From Phyllobacteriaceae bacterium (GTDB taxonomy: Bacteria > Pseudomonadota > Alphaproteobacteria > Rhizobiales > Rhizobiaceae), in NCBI GenBank assembly GCA_023954255.1, contig JAMLIH010000009.1, positions 4,502 to 68,501 on the forward strand: 64,000 nucleotides of DNA, given 5' to 3'. Positions 1-10,241 of the stretch are shown piece by piece. The position numbers and the translations under genes were made by a program. Position 1 is the stretch's first letter. Each line of letters opens with the position of its first letter. The notes beneath the pieces were generated by a model. That model ran no database searches. It was not told the origin of the DNA and saw nothing but the letters and a program-made list of their open reading frames with translations.

Positions 1-53
1 CCCTCCTCGGCAGGTGCAACGGCGAACCAGGTTTCGGCTGGGCTTGCACTCAT
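1..53 (-). CDS. 5' end of a gene running off the window (MSASPAETWFAVAPAEEG...), possibly a second PaaI-type thioesterase
   Basis: ATG at 53 overlaps the TGA of 50..505 (ATGA coupling). Product guessed from context only. Confidence 0.45.
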   Translation of the reverse strand, partial: MSASPAETWFAVAPAEE

Positions 54-505
54 ATCCGGCTCTCCTCCGAGCGGTCGCGAATGGACGTGGCACGCGTTCC
101 GATCATGAAGGTCCCCGTGGCGATTGCCACCGGCTCCTCATTCTTGTCGCGCAACTCCCCGGTTACATAGGCAAGGCTGTTGTAGACCGAAACGCAGACC
201 GCCTCGCCATGCAGCGTTTCGCCGGCGGCAGGTCTGCGCAGATGGCTGACCGACAGGCCGACTGTCGCGATCGGCACCAGCTTTTCGAGGCTGCCCATCA
301 CCGCTCCGCCCATGATCGAATCGAGCACAATGGTCGCAAAGCCGGTGTGCAGGCTGGCGGCTTCGGTATCCTGCACAAGGTCTGCCGGAGCCTCGATGGC
401 AACCCGCACGGTGTTTCCGGCAGAACCGGAAAAATCTGCCCGCACACGGTTGGCCAGCGGGTGGTAGCTTGAGAAAAAAACCTGGATCGGATGCAGGTCA
501 GCCAT
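50..505 (-). CDS. PaaI family (hotdog-fold) thioesterase
   Basis: LHTGFATIVLDSIMGGAV helix, ATVGLSVSHLRRP and VAIATGTFM strands fit the PaaI pattern. Confidence 0.8.
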   Translation of the reverse strand: MADLHPIQVFFSSYHPLANRVRADFSGSAGNTVRVAIEAPADLVQDTEAASLHTGFATIVLDSIMGGAVMGSLEKLVPIATVGLSVSHLRRPAAGETLHGEAVCVSVYNSLAYVTGELRDKNEEPVAIATGTFMIGTRATSIRDRSEESRI

Positions 506-643
506 GGTGCAGCGCTTCTCCCGGATGGATGTGCTTGCCTACCGCAGATCGGGGCAGTTCGACGGTGGTAGCATTGCCCAAAGTGATTGACCTTTTCGTA
601 AACGTCAATACCTGCCGGGCGGCCGGAACCATCCCGCAGTCGG

Positions 644-1285
644 TCAGTGAGCCTTGGACATGTCACCCAGAACCTTTTTACCGGCGACGGTGGAATCGGG
701 CTTGAGGCGGTAGACCATGGGAACGCCGGTCGCCAGGTTGAGCTTTGTGATTTCATCCGTCGACAGCCGGTCGAGGACCATCACCAGCGAGCGCAGCGAG
801 TTGCCGTGAGCTGCGACCAGCACCGTCTGGCCCGAAAGCACGCGCGGCAGGATTTCCTGCATGTAGTAGGGCCACACCCGCGCGCCGGTATCGCGCAGCG
901 ATTCGCCTTCGTCTCCCGGCGGCGGCACGTCATAGGACCGGCGCCAGATGTGAACCTGGTCCTCGCCCCATTTTGCCCGCGCATCGTCCTTGTTGAGGCC
1001 GGCGAGGTCGCCGTAGTTGCGCTCGTTCAGGGCCTGGTCGTGAATGGTCTCCAGATCGCTCTGGCCGAGTTCGTCGAGAATGATCTGGCAGGTCTTTTCC
1101 GCCCGCTGCAGCACGCTGGTGAAGGCGATGTCGAAAACAAGCCCTTCCTCGCGCAACGCCTCGCCCGCTTCATGAGCCTCAGCAACACCTTGTTCGGTCA
1201 GGTCCGGATCGCGCCAGCCGGTAAACAGGTTCTTCAGGTTCCATTCACTCTGGCCGTGCCGGACCAGTACCATCGTTCCGCTCAT
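644..1285 (-). CDS. gpmA: 2,3-bisphosphoglycerate-dependent phosphoglycerate mutase
   Basis: [17 protein letters not shown] and AHGNSLR motifs. Confidence 0.96.
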   Translation of the reverse strand: MSGTMVLVRHGQSEWNLKNLFTGWRDPDLTEQGVAEAHEAGEALREEGLVFDIAFTSVLQRAEKTCQIILDELGQSDLETIHDQALNERNYGDLAGLNKDDARAKWGEDQVHIWRRSYDVPPPGDEGESLRDTGARVWPYYMQEILPRVLSGQTVLVAAHGNSLRSLVMVLDRLSTDEITKLNLATGVPMVYRLKPDSTVAGKKVLGDMSKAH

Positions 1286-1318
1286 TGTTTCTTCCGGTCT
1301 GTTTGGTGATGTTTGCAG

Positions 1319-2125
1319 TTAGTCGTTGAGGCCGAGCACATCCCGCATCGAGTAAAGTCCCGGCGCCTTGCCCGCAGCCCAGCGCGCGGCCTTGACCGCA
1401 CCCATGGCGAAATTCATCCGGTCCTGGGCGATATGGGCGAGTTCGATGCGTTCGCCTTCGCCTGCGAAAATCACCTTGTGCTCGCCAACCACCGAGCCGC
1501 CACGCAGGGTGGCAAAGCCGATGGGCCCCGTTGGCCGCGGGCCGGTATGGCCATCGCGCACCCGCACACTGTTTTTCTCAAGGTCGATACCACGGCCATC
1601 GGCCGCAGACTGGCCGAGCAGCAGTGCGGTGCCCGATGGCGCGTCGACCTTGTGTCGATGGTGCATCTCCACCACCTCGATATCGAAGGCATCGCCTTCC
1701 AGAGCCTTGGCAGCCTTTTCCACCAGCACGGCCAGCATGTTGACCCCGAGGCTCATATTACCGGACTTGACGATGGTGGCGTGGCGGGCAGCGGCCCGGA
1801 TGGCTTCGTCATCCTGCGCCGTGCAGCCGGTCGTGCCGATGATGTGGACGATGCGCGCCTGAGCTGCATAGCCGGCGAACTCAACGGTTGCCGCCGGCAC
1901 GGTGAAATCGATGATGCCGTCGGCCTTGGCAATCGCCGGAAGGGGGTCTGCGGAAATCTTGATGCCCAGCGTGCCCAGCCCCGATATCTCGCCGGCATCA
2001 TGGCCGAGCATCGGACTGTCCTTGTGCTCGAGCGCGGCATGCAGTTCGCAGCCCTTGCTTTGGGCGATCGCCCGAATCAGCGTTTGCCCCATTCTTCCTG
2101 AAGCGCCGGTTACGACCAGTTTCAT
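1319..2125 (-). CDS. dapB: 4-hydroxy-tetrahydrodipicolinate reductase
   Basis: GASGRMG, IGTTG and [15 protein letters not shown] motifs. Confidence 0.97.
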   Translation of the reverse strand: MKLVVTGASGRMGQTLIRAIAQSKGCELHAALEHKDSPMLGHDAGEISGLGTLGIKISADPLPAIAKADGIIDFTVPAATVEFAGYAAQARIVHIIGTTGCTAQDDEAIRAAARHATIVKSGNMSLGVNMLAVLVEKAAKALEGDAFDIEVVEMHHRHKVDAPSGTALLLGQSAADGRGIDLEKNSVRVRDGHTGPRPTGPIGFATLRGGSVVGEHKVIFAGEGERIELAHIAQDRMNFAMGAVKAARWAAGKAPGLYSMRDVLGLND

Positions 2126-4089
2126 GTCCGTTTCCCGTTTCCTGCAGCCTGTCCCTTGCCCGCCAGCTTGCCGGTCGGCTTCGCGGTTCGGGTAGCACGC
2201 GCCGGCTTCCCCGCGGACGCTGGCGTTGCCGTTGCAACCGGCTCGCCGTCACCGTCGATGTCGAGTGCGCCCATCCGGTAGAGCCTTGCGTAAATTCCCC
2301 GCGGCTTTTTGACAAGCGCCTGGTGCCTGCCCTCTTCCCGGATAACCCCCTTGTCGATCACGATGATCTTGTCGGCGTTCTGGATGGTCGTGAGACGGTG
2401 CGCGATGACGATTGTGGTGCGGTCCTTCATCAGTCCTTCCAGCGCGGACTGAACAGCCTTTTCCGACTCGTTGTCGAGCGCGGAGGTTGCCTCGTCGAGC
2501 AGCAGGATGGGTGCATCGCGCAGGATCGCCCGAGCAATCGACAGACGCTGCTTCTGGCCGCCTGACAGGTTGGAGCCCATCTCGCCGACCGGCGTATCGT
2601 AGCCTTGTGGCGTCGCCAGGATGAAGTCGTGCGCCTGTGCCTTCTTCGCCGCCGCTACCACCTCTTCCATGGTCGCACCCGGGCGGCCATAGAGAATGTT
2701 GTCGGCAATCGAGCCCTCGAACAGCACCGGGCTCTGGGAAACAAAGGACATCTTCAGACGCAGGCTGTGCACCTGCACATCGGCGATGTTCTGGCCGTCG
2801 ACAAGAATGCGTCCGTCCTTCAGGTCGTGAAACCGCAGGATCGTGTTGATGATGGTCGACTTGCCGCCACCCGATGGGCCGACCAGCGCTGTAACCTCGC
2901 CAGCCCTAGCGGTAAAGGAAACATCGCGCAACACGGTATCGAGCCCGTCATAGGAGAAACTGACGTGATCGAACTCGATTTCGCCGGCCTTGATTTTGAT
3001 CGGTGCAGCGCCCGGTTTGTCGGACTGGCGTGGCGGTGTATCGAGCAGTTCGTACAGCATGCGCGCATTGACCAGCGATTTTTCGAACTGCACCCGGAAC
3101 GAAGCGATACGCCGCGCCGGATCGTAGGCGAGCATCGCGGCAGCCAGGAACGACAACAGGGCGCCGGGGTTGCCATCGAGCGCAATGACGCGCCAGCCGC
3201 CGAAAGCCACAGCCCCTGCAATGGCAAACCCACCCAAAGTCTCGGTCAGCGGCTTTGTGCGCGCATTGACAAGTGCAATCGTATTGGCCTGCTTTTCGGC
3301 CTTTTCGATCAGCTTGCTGAGACTGTTTTTGAGTTGCTCTTCCATCGTGAAGGCCTTGACCACGGAAATGCCCTGCGCGGTCTCGATCATGTTCGAAACG
3401 ACCCGAGCGTTCACGTTTACTTCCTTGCGGGAGAGTTGCTTCACCTTCTTCACATAGCGCGAGATGACGTAGGCGGCGATCGGCATCACCACCAGGGAAC
3501 CCACGCTCATCAGCGGATCCTGCCAGACCATCACGAAGACCAATCCGATCAGGGTCAGCAGATCGCGCGCGAAGGTTGTGATGATCGTGTTCAGCATGTT
3601 CTGAACACCGCTGATGTTGCGGTTTATCTGGCCGACGAGAAATCCCGAACGGGTATCGGAGAAGAAGCCGACGCCAAGCTTCAGGAGATGGTCGAAGGCG
3701 CGTTTCTGGTAGCGCGCCACCATGTTGTTGGCGATGCGTTTGAGAAGGACTTCCTGCCCGAAACTCGCCATGCCCTTGATGAAGAACACCACCAGGATCA
3801 GTCCGGCGATGGAATAGGCGGCCGACAGTTTCTTGTCGTCGAAAACCTCGTTGACGACATCCTTGATGATGTAGGCGCTGAAGGCGGTTGTGGCCGCCAC
3901 GACTATCATGCACAGGATCGCAAGCGCGTAGCTGTTCCGGTAGACGGCAAAGTTTTCCGAAAAGATACGCTGGACAACCTTGACGGCGCTTTCGTCTTCA
4001 TAGGCCGGCGCAACAAGCGCCGTCTTTTCCGCCTGCTGGCGGACGCGCGCTTGCGCCTTGCTGGAAGTGTTCTTGGTTTTCTGCGGCAA
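2122..4089 (-). CDS. MsbA-like ABC exporter (fused TM domain and NBD)
   Basis: Six-TM N-terminal half; Walker [35 protein letters not shown] start is uncertain. Confidence 0.9.
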   Translation of the reverse strand: MPQKTKNTSSKAQARVRQQAEKTALVAPAYEDESAVKVVQRIFSENFAVYRNSYALAILCMIVVAATTAFSAYIIKDVVNEVFDDKKLSAAYSIAGLILVVFFIKGMASFGQEVLLKRIANNMVARYQKRAFDHLLKLGVGFFSDTRSGFLVGQINRNISGVQNMLNTIITTFARDLLTLIGLVFVMVWQDPLMSVGSLVVMPIAAYVISRYVKKVKQLSRKEVNVNARVVSNMIETAQGISVVKAFTMEEQLKNSLSKLIEKAEKQANTIALVNARTKPLTETLGGFAIAGAVAFGGWRVIALDGNPGALLSFLAAAMLAYDPARRIASFRVQFEKSLVNARMLYELLDTPPRQSDKPGAAPIKIKAGEIEFDHVSFSYDGLDTVLRDVSFTARAGEVTALVGPSGGGKSTIINTILRFHDLKDGRILVDGQNIADVQVHSLRLKMSFVSQSPVLFEGSIADNILYGRPGATMEEVVAAAKKAQAHDFILATPQGYDTPVGEMGSNLSGGQKQRLSIARAILRDAPILLLDEATSALDNESEKAVQSALEGLMKDRTTIVIAHRLTTIQNADKIIVIDKGVIREEGRHQALVKKPRGIYARLYRMGALDIDGDGEPVATATPASAGKPARATRTAKPTGKLAGKGQAAGNGKRT

Positions 4090-4504
4090 CGGACTGGATC
4101 GAATGCTGTGTCTGGGTTGGTTCGCCGTTAGGCTTCATGCGGCTATTGCCGGCAAACATCGTACGGCTGCTTCGCCGCGCGTTTCATACAGAAGGACGGC
4201 GCTTTTGCATAGCACTGACATGGGCTCTGACACATTTGTTGAAAGCGGGTTTGCAATGCTGCGGTGGCGGGTTGCCCCGCGGTTTCCCTCGCGGCCGGAA
4301 GCAGGTTTCCGGGAAGGCAAAATTATGTAGGCATCCATCGGCCGGCATGCAAGAATGTTGCCAGCGGGTTGAGGGCGCGATGCTTTGGCGCCGTCGGCAT
4401 AGCGGTTTTCTGAACGGCGAATGCCGGCCCGAAACAGCTCGGCAAACCCGGCAGAAATGCCTCATGGACTACCGACATACAGGCAAACAACACAGGGAAG
4501 AGAC

Positions 4505-5497
4505 ATGAAGAAACTGATTCTTGGAATTGCGGCCAGTCTGCTCATGAGCGCTTCGGCGATGGCGATGGATGCAAAGCCGGCGGTCGTCTACGACAAGGGG
4601 GGCAGAAATGACGGCTCGTTCAACCAGGCTGCCTACAACGGCGCCGAGAAATTCAAGAGCGAAACCGGCATCGAATATCGCGAGTTCGAGGTTACCGATG
4701 ACGCCCAGCGCGAACAGGCCATGCGGCGCTTTGCCAGCGACGGCAACAACCCGATCGTGGTCATTGGCTTCTCCCAGGCTGCGGCGCTGGAAAAGGTCGC
4801 CAAGGAATTTCCCGACGTCAATTTCGCCATTGTCGACATGGTCGTTGAACTGCCCAATGTGCGCTCCATCGTGTTCAAGGAGCATGAAGGCTCGTTCCTG
4901 GTCGGCGTGATGGCGGCCAAGGCGTCCAAGACCGGCAAGGTGGGCTTTGTTGGCGGCATGGACATCCCGCTCATCCGCAAATTCGCATGCGGTTACGTCG
5001 GCGGGGTGAAATCGGTGAATGCCGATGCCGAGGTTATCCAGAACATGACCGGCACCACCGGCGCGGCCTGGAATGACCCGACAAAGGGTGGTGAACTGGC
5101 CCGCGCGCAGATGGATCAGGGCGCGGATGTTGTCTACCATGCGGCCGGCGGCACGGGTTTTGGCGTGCTTCAGGCCGTGGCTGATGCCGGCAAGCTGGGC
5201 ATCGGTGTTGATTCAAACCAGAATCATCTCCATCCGGGCAATGTGCTTACTTCCATGCTCAAACGGGTGGATGTGGCGGTCTACGACGCCTTCTCCGACG
5301 TCAAGAACGACAGCTGGTCGACCGGTTTTGCGGTGCTCGGCCTCAAGGAAGGCGGCGTCGACTATGCGATGGACGAAAACAACAAGCCGTTGGTCAATGA
5401 CGACATGATGGCGGCGGTCGAAAGTGCCAAGTCGGGCATCATCGATGGCAGCGTCGAAGTGCATGACTACATGGCGGACAATTCCTGCCCCTATTGA
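4505..5497 (+). CDS. BMP family ABC substrate-binding protein (nucleoside binding)
   Basis: Start re-set to MKKLILG (ATG 4505) with a signal peptide; DGSFNQAAY, GFVGGMDIP and IGVDSNQ motifs. Confidence 0.92.
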   Translation: MKKLILGIAASLLMSASAMAMDAKPAVVYDKGGRNDGSFNQAAYNGAEKFKSETGIEYREFEVTDDAQREQAMRRFASDGNNPIVVIGFSQAAALEKVAKEFPDVNFAIVDMVVELPNVRSIVFKEHEGSFLVGVMAAKASKTGKVGFVGGMDIPLIRKFACGYVGGVKSVNADAEVIQNMTGTTGAAWNDPTKGGELARAQMDQGADVVYHAAGGTGFGVLQAVADAGKLGIGVDSNQNHLHPGNVLTSMLKRVDVAVYDAFSDVKNDSWSTGFAVLGLKEGGVDYAMDENNKPLVNDDMMAAVESAKSGIIDGSVEVHDYMADNSCPY

Positions 5498-5527
5498 TCG
5501 AAATCGCAGCGGCAGTTGAAAAACCGT

Positions 5528-5559
5528 GACGGCAGGGGGCTTAGGCCCCCTGTTCCGTC
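5528..5559. terminator. Hairpin between convergent bmp and MOSC genes
   Basis: CAGGGGGC-ttag-GCCCCCTG core, extended by GACGG/CCGTC. Confidence 0.55.
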
Positions 5560-6049
5560 ATGATGCTGCATCTGGCAAACGGATGAACCGGACGGCATCG
5601 CCGACGGCGATCCTTCCCGGCTGAACAACGCAAGCAGTAATCCCGCCATGGCCGCGCATGGCGTTGTAGGCGCCGTCGCCGAGCGCCTCTTCCATGCGGG
5701 AGCAGGGCGCGCAGATGCCGGTTCCTTCCAGCACCGCCGCGCCGACGGAAAAGACGGCGTTCTTCAGCGCCAGCAGATTGATGCCGCTGACCACGAGGTT
5801 GCGCCGCAATACCGAGGGATGAACCGTCTCGACACCGGCCAGACCGGCGATTACCGGCAGGTGCTCTGCCTGGATCAGGGTTACGGAGCGCTTGCCCGGC
5901 CGGGTTGTACGGTCGCCTTCAAGCCCCCTTTCAAGCAGGGCCGTCTCCGCGCATTCGATGACAGGTGCACGCCGTTGAGGTCTGCATCCTATCCATTCCA
6001 GCTTTCCCGCCCGCGGGAAGGTAGCCAGCAGTTCCGAAAACGACGTCAT
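5558..6049 (-). CDS. MOSC domain-containing protein (YiiM-like)
   Basis: RSVTLIQAEH, LRRNLVVSG, CAPCSRME and GHGGITACV motifs. Confidence 0.88.
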   Translation of the reverse strand: MTSFSELLATFPRAGKLEWIGCRPQRRAPVIECAETALLERGLEGDRTTRPGKRSVTLIQAEHLPVIAGLAGVETVHPSVLRRNLVVSGINLLALKNAVFSVGAAVLEGTGICAPCSRMEEALGDGAYNAMRGHGGITACVVQPGRIAVGDAVRFIRLPDAAS

Positions 6050-6072
6050 GCCGCAGGCTCCGGTGAAGTAGT

Positions 6073-6309
6073 TCAGTAATGGGGCGGTTTCGTTATCTCG
6101 GGGCCGGGCAGCGTGGTTTCCTCAAGTGCCATAAACCGCTCTGCCAGGGCGTCCAGCTTGCGCCTTGCCGCATCGAGCTGCTCCCACTGTGCTGCCATGG
6201 TGGCAGACAGTTCCTCGATGGTCTTGGCCTGGTGAGCAAGCTGCTCTTCCAGCCGGACGATGCGTTGCGCGTTGTCGGCCTCGTTTCCCGTAAAGCGGTT
6301 TGCTGTCAT
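6073..6309 (-). CDS. slyX: SlyX family protein
   Basis: RIVRLEEQLAHQAKTIEELS coiled coil and C-terminal KPPHY. Confidence 0.88.
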   Translation of the reverse strand: MTANRFTGNEADNAQRIVRLEEQLAHQAKTIEELSATMAAQWEQLDAARRKLDALAERFMALEETTLPGPEITKPPHY

Positions 6310-6411
6310 CTTTTCACCCAGATTTTGTCAACCATCGCCACCAGCGCGGTTCCTTGGAGCCGTCGGATTCGGGGCAAGGCTGTTCTACAAGGTTACGGGA
6401 ACTCGATTTCA

Positions 6412-7545
6412 ATGCGAAAGCCTCCCCTTTCCCTATCCCTCTTGCTGCCCTGGCGCAAATGGCCGCTGGTCATGTTGATGATGGCAATTGCTGCCCTTGC
6501 GCCGTTGCGACCGGTTCATGCCGACATGCTGCGGCCGTGGAAGAAGCCCGACTATGCACTCGTCCTCGATGCCTATGAACTCAACGCGCTGGACTGGGAA
6601 CGAATCGTCGGGGACAAGCGCATTGCAGGCTTCATCGGCAAGGCAAGCGACGGTCTTCCACAGCAATATTGTGCGGACCGTGAATCCCTGTGCGGCGCCC
6701 AGTGGCGGAAATATTCCGTCAGCCGGGAACTCTATCACACCCGCCGGACGCTCGCCAAAGCGCTTGGCCTCAAATGGGGCAGCTATCATCTTGGTCGTGC
6801 CGGCAACCCCGAGCTTCAGGCGCTGCACTACGTCCAGTATGCCAGGCCACAATCCGACGAGGTCGTAGTTCTCGACATCGAGAACTACGACGATTCGAAA
6901 TTCATGAGCCTTGAGGAAGCGGAGCGGTTTGTTGAAGCCCTTTACGCCCGTATCGACCGCTATCCCATGCTCTATACCAATCACCGCACTGCCCGCCACA
7001 TCGCCGAGAACCGGGCGCAATACCCTCTGCTTTCACGCCTGAAGCTCTGGTATGCCCGCTACAAGGAGGACATCGGCGATGTCTTTCCGCTGGGAAACTG
7101 GGACAGCTATACGCTGTGGCAATTCGCCTATGGCGGCAACTGTAACCGCAAGGCTTGCCCCTATCGCATCGATGGCGCTCCCAACAACATTGATGTCAAT
7201 GTCGTTCCCTTCGGCGTCGATGCATTGCGGGCTGCCTGGCCCTTTGACGGGCTGCATGAAGAGAAGCCGATAGTCGCCGACACCGGTTCTGCCCTGGCGG
7301 AAAATGCGGTGGAGGATCCGGAAGCTGAAAAACACTCCGATTTTGTCACCGACCCCGACTACAATCCAGGCGAAGCTCCGCCGGGCGCCGTGGTAACGTC
7401 ACCGGCAGCGCAGGCACTCTCTTCCGATGCTGCAAAGACCGACAATCTTACCACTGCCTCGCCGGGATCTGCTGCAGAAAGCGAAGACCGTTGCGGCGAT
7501 CGCCAGCGCGAGGTGGAATCCGACGATCTGGCGAAGCCTTGCTGA
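6412..7545 (+). CDS. Glycoside hydrolase family 25 (lysozyme-like), exported, with acidic C-terminal tail
   Basis: LDAY, IGKASDG, WGSYHLG, VLDIE (DxE), LWYARY, TLWQF and IDVN motifs. The first 111 codons of the track ORF are antisense to slyX, so the start is re-set to ATG 6412 (approximate). Confidence 0.85.
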   Translation: MRKPPLSLSLLLPWRKWPLVMLMMAIAALAPLRPVHADMLRPWKKPDYALVLDAYELNALDWERIVGDKRIAGFIGKASDGLPQQYCADRESLCGAQWRKYSVSRELYHTRRTLAKALGLKWGSYHLGRAGNPELQALHYVQYARPQSDEVVVLDIENYDDSKFMSLEEAERFVEALYARIDRYPMLYTNHRTARHIAENRAQYPLLSRLKLWYARYKEDIGDVFPLGNWDSYTLWQFAYGGNCNRKACPYRIDGAPNNIDVNVVPFGVDALRAAWPFDGLHEEKPIVADTGSALAENAVEDPEAEKHSDFVTDPDYNPGEAPPGAVVTSPAAQALSSDAAKTDNLTTASPGSAAESEDRCGDRQREVESDDLAKPC

Positions 7546-7569
7546 CACCTCTGCTGGCCGGGATGCGCC

Positions 7570-8004
7570 TCAGCGCAGATAGTCTTCCAGCGCCAGCCGC
7601 ATGAGTTTTGGCAGAACTGCCGGCTTGCGGCTGTCTTTCTCCACATAGACATGGACGAAATGGCCCTGGGCAGCCGCAGTTTCCTCGTCGTTGCGAAACA
7701 GGGCGATTTCATAGCGCACCGAGGAATTGCCGATATGGCCGATGCGGATGCCGGCGGTCACGCGATCTGGAAACCCCATTTCGGCGAAATAGCTGCAGCC
7801 GGTTTCCACGACCAGCCCGACGATATCGCTCGTCATCGGATCGAGAAATTCCTGCTCGATCAGCCAGCCATTGATGGCGGTATCGAAAAGCGCGTAATGC
7901 ACCACATTGTTCATGTGGCCATACATGTCATTGTCGGCCCATCGGGTCTGCAGGCTGCGGAACAGCGCAAACTCGTCGCGGCCAAGGGGCGAGGGACGGG
8001 CCAT
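7570..8004 (-). CDS. Acyl-CoA thioesterase (4HBT/YbgC-FadM-like)
   Basis: TRWADNDMYGHMNNVVHY and GHFVHVYV motifs. Confidence 0.9.
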   Translation of the reverse strand: MARPSPLGRDEFALFRSLQTRWADNDMYGHMNNVVHYALFDTAINGWLIEQEFLDPMTSDIVGLVVETGCSYFAEMGFPDRVTAGIRIGHIGNSSVRYEIALFRNDEETAAAQGHFVHVYVEKDSRKPAVLPKLMRLALEDYLR

Positions 8005-8205
8005 GTCTACTCTGATTGCCGGGCAACCGGGCGGGTGGCCGGGACGGTATTGATGAAAATTGCCATGTCTTGACTGTTGTCGCTGCCGCTTTCCGGGTCA
8101 AGGGGCAATCGGCGGGCCTTGACTCGGCAGCCAGCCTGCCGCCAAATCCGCCTGCCATCTGGCAAAGTTGGCCAGGCAAAGTTGAAAAGTTTTCGGGGAT
8201 ACGCC

Positions 8206-9786
8206 TTGGCAAGCAGCAACAAATCTTCGACCGGCGAAACCTCAACGCCGCCGGCGATCGAATTGAGAGGCATTTCCAAGGCTTTCGGCCCGGTTCAGGC
8301 CAACAAGGATATCAGTCTCGCCGTTGCCAAGGGAACGATCCACGGTATCATCGGGGAGAACGGCGCCGGCAAATCGACCCTGATGTCGATCCTTTACGGC
8401 TTCTACCAGGCGGACAAGGGCGAAATTCTGATTGACGGCACGGCCGTCCGGATTGCCGACAGCCAGGCCGCGATCGACAAGGGCATCGGCATGGTCCATC
8501 AGCACTTCATGCTGGTGGAGAATTTCACCGTGCTGGAAAACATCATTCTCGGCGCGGAGGGCGGCAATATCCTCAACAGCGCACTCGCCAACGCCCGCAG
8601 CGAGCTTGAACGTCTCGAGCGTGAATACGCGCTTGAAGTCGATCCCGATGCCGTCATCGAAGAACTGCCGGTCGGCCTGCAGCAGCGGGTGGAAATCCTC
8701 AAGGCGCTGTATCGCGGCGCTGACATCCTGATCCTGGATGAACCGACCGGCGTGCTCACCCCCGCCGAGGCCGATCATCTGTTCCGCATCCTTCTGCAGT
8801 TGAAGGAACAGGGCAAGACGATCATTCTCATCACCCACAAGCTGCGCGAGATCATGGCAATTACCGATACGGTCTCCGTCATGCGGCGCGGCGAGATGGT
8901 GGCAACCAGAACCACGGCAGATACCAGCGTCGAGGAACTGGCCGAACTGATGGTCGGAAGGCGCGTCCTGCTGCGGGTTGAAAAGGGGGCTGCAAAGCCC
9001 GGCGGGGTAAAGCTCTCCGTCAAGGGTCTCACCGTCGAGGACGGCCGCAAGGTCACGATGGTAGACAATGTCAGCTTCGATGTGCGTGCTGGCGAGATCG
9101 TCGGCATTGCCGGCGTCGCCGGAAACGGGCAGTCGGAACTGCTGCAGGCGATAGCGGGCATCAGGCGGGCGAAAGCCGGCACGGTGATTTTGGATGACGC
9201 GCCTGTCGATCTTTCCGGTTCGGCGGGCGGCGGCACGCTGCGCGAGCGCGGGCTCGCCCATGTTCCCGAAGACCGGCATCACATGGGACTGGTCCTGCCG
9301 TTCGAGGAAAACGAAAACTCCATTCTCGGCTATCAGGATCAGAAGGTCTATCTCAACGGCCCGCTGCTCGACATCGACGCCATTCGGACAGACGCGCGAA
9401 AGAAGATCGAGCAATACGACATCCGTCCGCCCGACTGCCGGCTGAAGACGGCGAACTTCTCCGGCGGCAACCAGCAGAAGATCGTGTTGGCGCGCGAGAT
9501 GGAGCGTGATCCCGTGGTGCTGCTGGTTGGCCAGCCGACCCGCGGGGTCGATGTCGGTGCCATCGAATTCATTCACAAGCGCATCATCGAGATGCGCGAC
9601 CAGGGCAAGGCGATCCTGCTGGTGTCCGTCGAACTCGATGAAATCCGCTCTCTTTCGGACCGCATCCTGGTGATGTTTGCCGGCAGGATCGTCGGCGAAC
9701 GCACGCCGGAAGCGACCGAGGGCGAACTGGGCCTGCTGATGGCAGGGATTCAGGATGGCCCGGACGGCAAGGACGAGGCGGCATGA
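8206..9786 (+). CDS. Nucleoside/sugar (CUT2) ABC transporter ATP-binding protein with two NBDs
   Basis: GENGAGKST, LDEPTGVLT, FSGGNQQK and GQPTRGVDVG. Probable TTG start at 8206 after GGGGA. Confidence 0.92.
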   Translation: MASSNKSSTGETSTPPAIELRGISKAFGPVQANKDISLAVAKGTIHGIIGENGAGKSTLMSILYGFYQADKGEILIDGTAVRIADSQAAIDKGIGMVHQHFMLVENFTVLENIILGAEGGNILNSALANARSELERLEREYALEVDPDAVIEELPVGLQQRVEILKALYRGADILILDEPTGVLTPAEADHLFRILLQLKEQGKTIILITHKLREIMAITDTVSVMRRGEMVATRTTADTSVEELAELMVGRRVLLRVEKGAAKPGGVKLSVKGLTVEDGRKVTMVDNVSFDVRAGEIVGIAGVAGNGQSELLQAIAGIRRAKAGTVILDDAPVDLSGSAGGGTLRERGLAHVPEDRHHMGLVLPFEENENSILGYQDQKVYLNGPLLDIDAIRTDARKKIEQYDIRPPDCRLKTANFSGGNQQKIVLAREMERDPVVLLVGQPTRGVDVGAIEFIHKRIIEMRDQGKAILLVSVELDEIRSLSDRILVMFAGRIVGERTPEATEGELGLLMAGIQDGPDGKDEAA

Positions 9787-10241
9787 CGGCTTTCGAACCG
9801 CGCATGTCCCTGATTACCCTGGGCGTGGCAGACATGCCGCGAGCCCGTGCCTTCTACGAGGCGCTCGGCTGGAAGGCTGCCGGCGCATCCAATGAACATG
9901 TCACCTTCTTTCAGGGGCGCGGCATCGTGCTCGGCCTGTTCGGCCATGATGAACTGGCAGCGGATGCCGGGGTGGAAAACACTCCCCCGCCGGCCTTTCG
10001 CGGCATGTCGATTGCCTACAACTGCCACAGCGAGACGGAAGTGGATGCTGCCTTCGCACATGCCATCGCCTGTGGCGCCACTGCAATGAAACAGCCGCAA
10101 AAGGTCTTCTGGGGCGGATATTCGGGCTATTTCGCCGATCCCGACGGCCATCTCTGGGAAGTTGCCTTCAACCCCTTCTCGCCGCTCGACGGCGACGGCC
10201 ACATGCAGGTTGAGCCGGATATGGAAGGAGGGGACGCATGA
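9783..10241 (+). CDS. VOC/glyoxalase family protein
   Basis: SLITLGVAD, RAFYEALGW and FWGGYSGYFADPDGHLWEVA motifs. Confidence 0.9.
   Translation: MTAFEPRMSLITLGVADMPRARAFYEALGWKAAGASNEHVTFFQGRGIVLGLFGHDELAADAGVENTPPPAFRGMSIAYNCHSETEVDAAFAHAIACGATAMKQPQKVFWGGYSGYFADPDGHLWEVAFNPFSPLDGDGHMQVEPDMEGGDA

Noticed and set aside
4090-4504. Riboswitch in the 415-bp leader of the nucleoside-binding protein gene
   Set aside because: Only short GC-rich hairpins are present, and I recognised no purine or other aptamer consensus. An Rfam scan would settle it.
6079-6411. N-terminal extension of the GH25 ORF
   Set aside because: Antisense to slyX; the signal-peptide-like sequence begins only at or after 6412.
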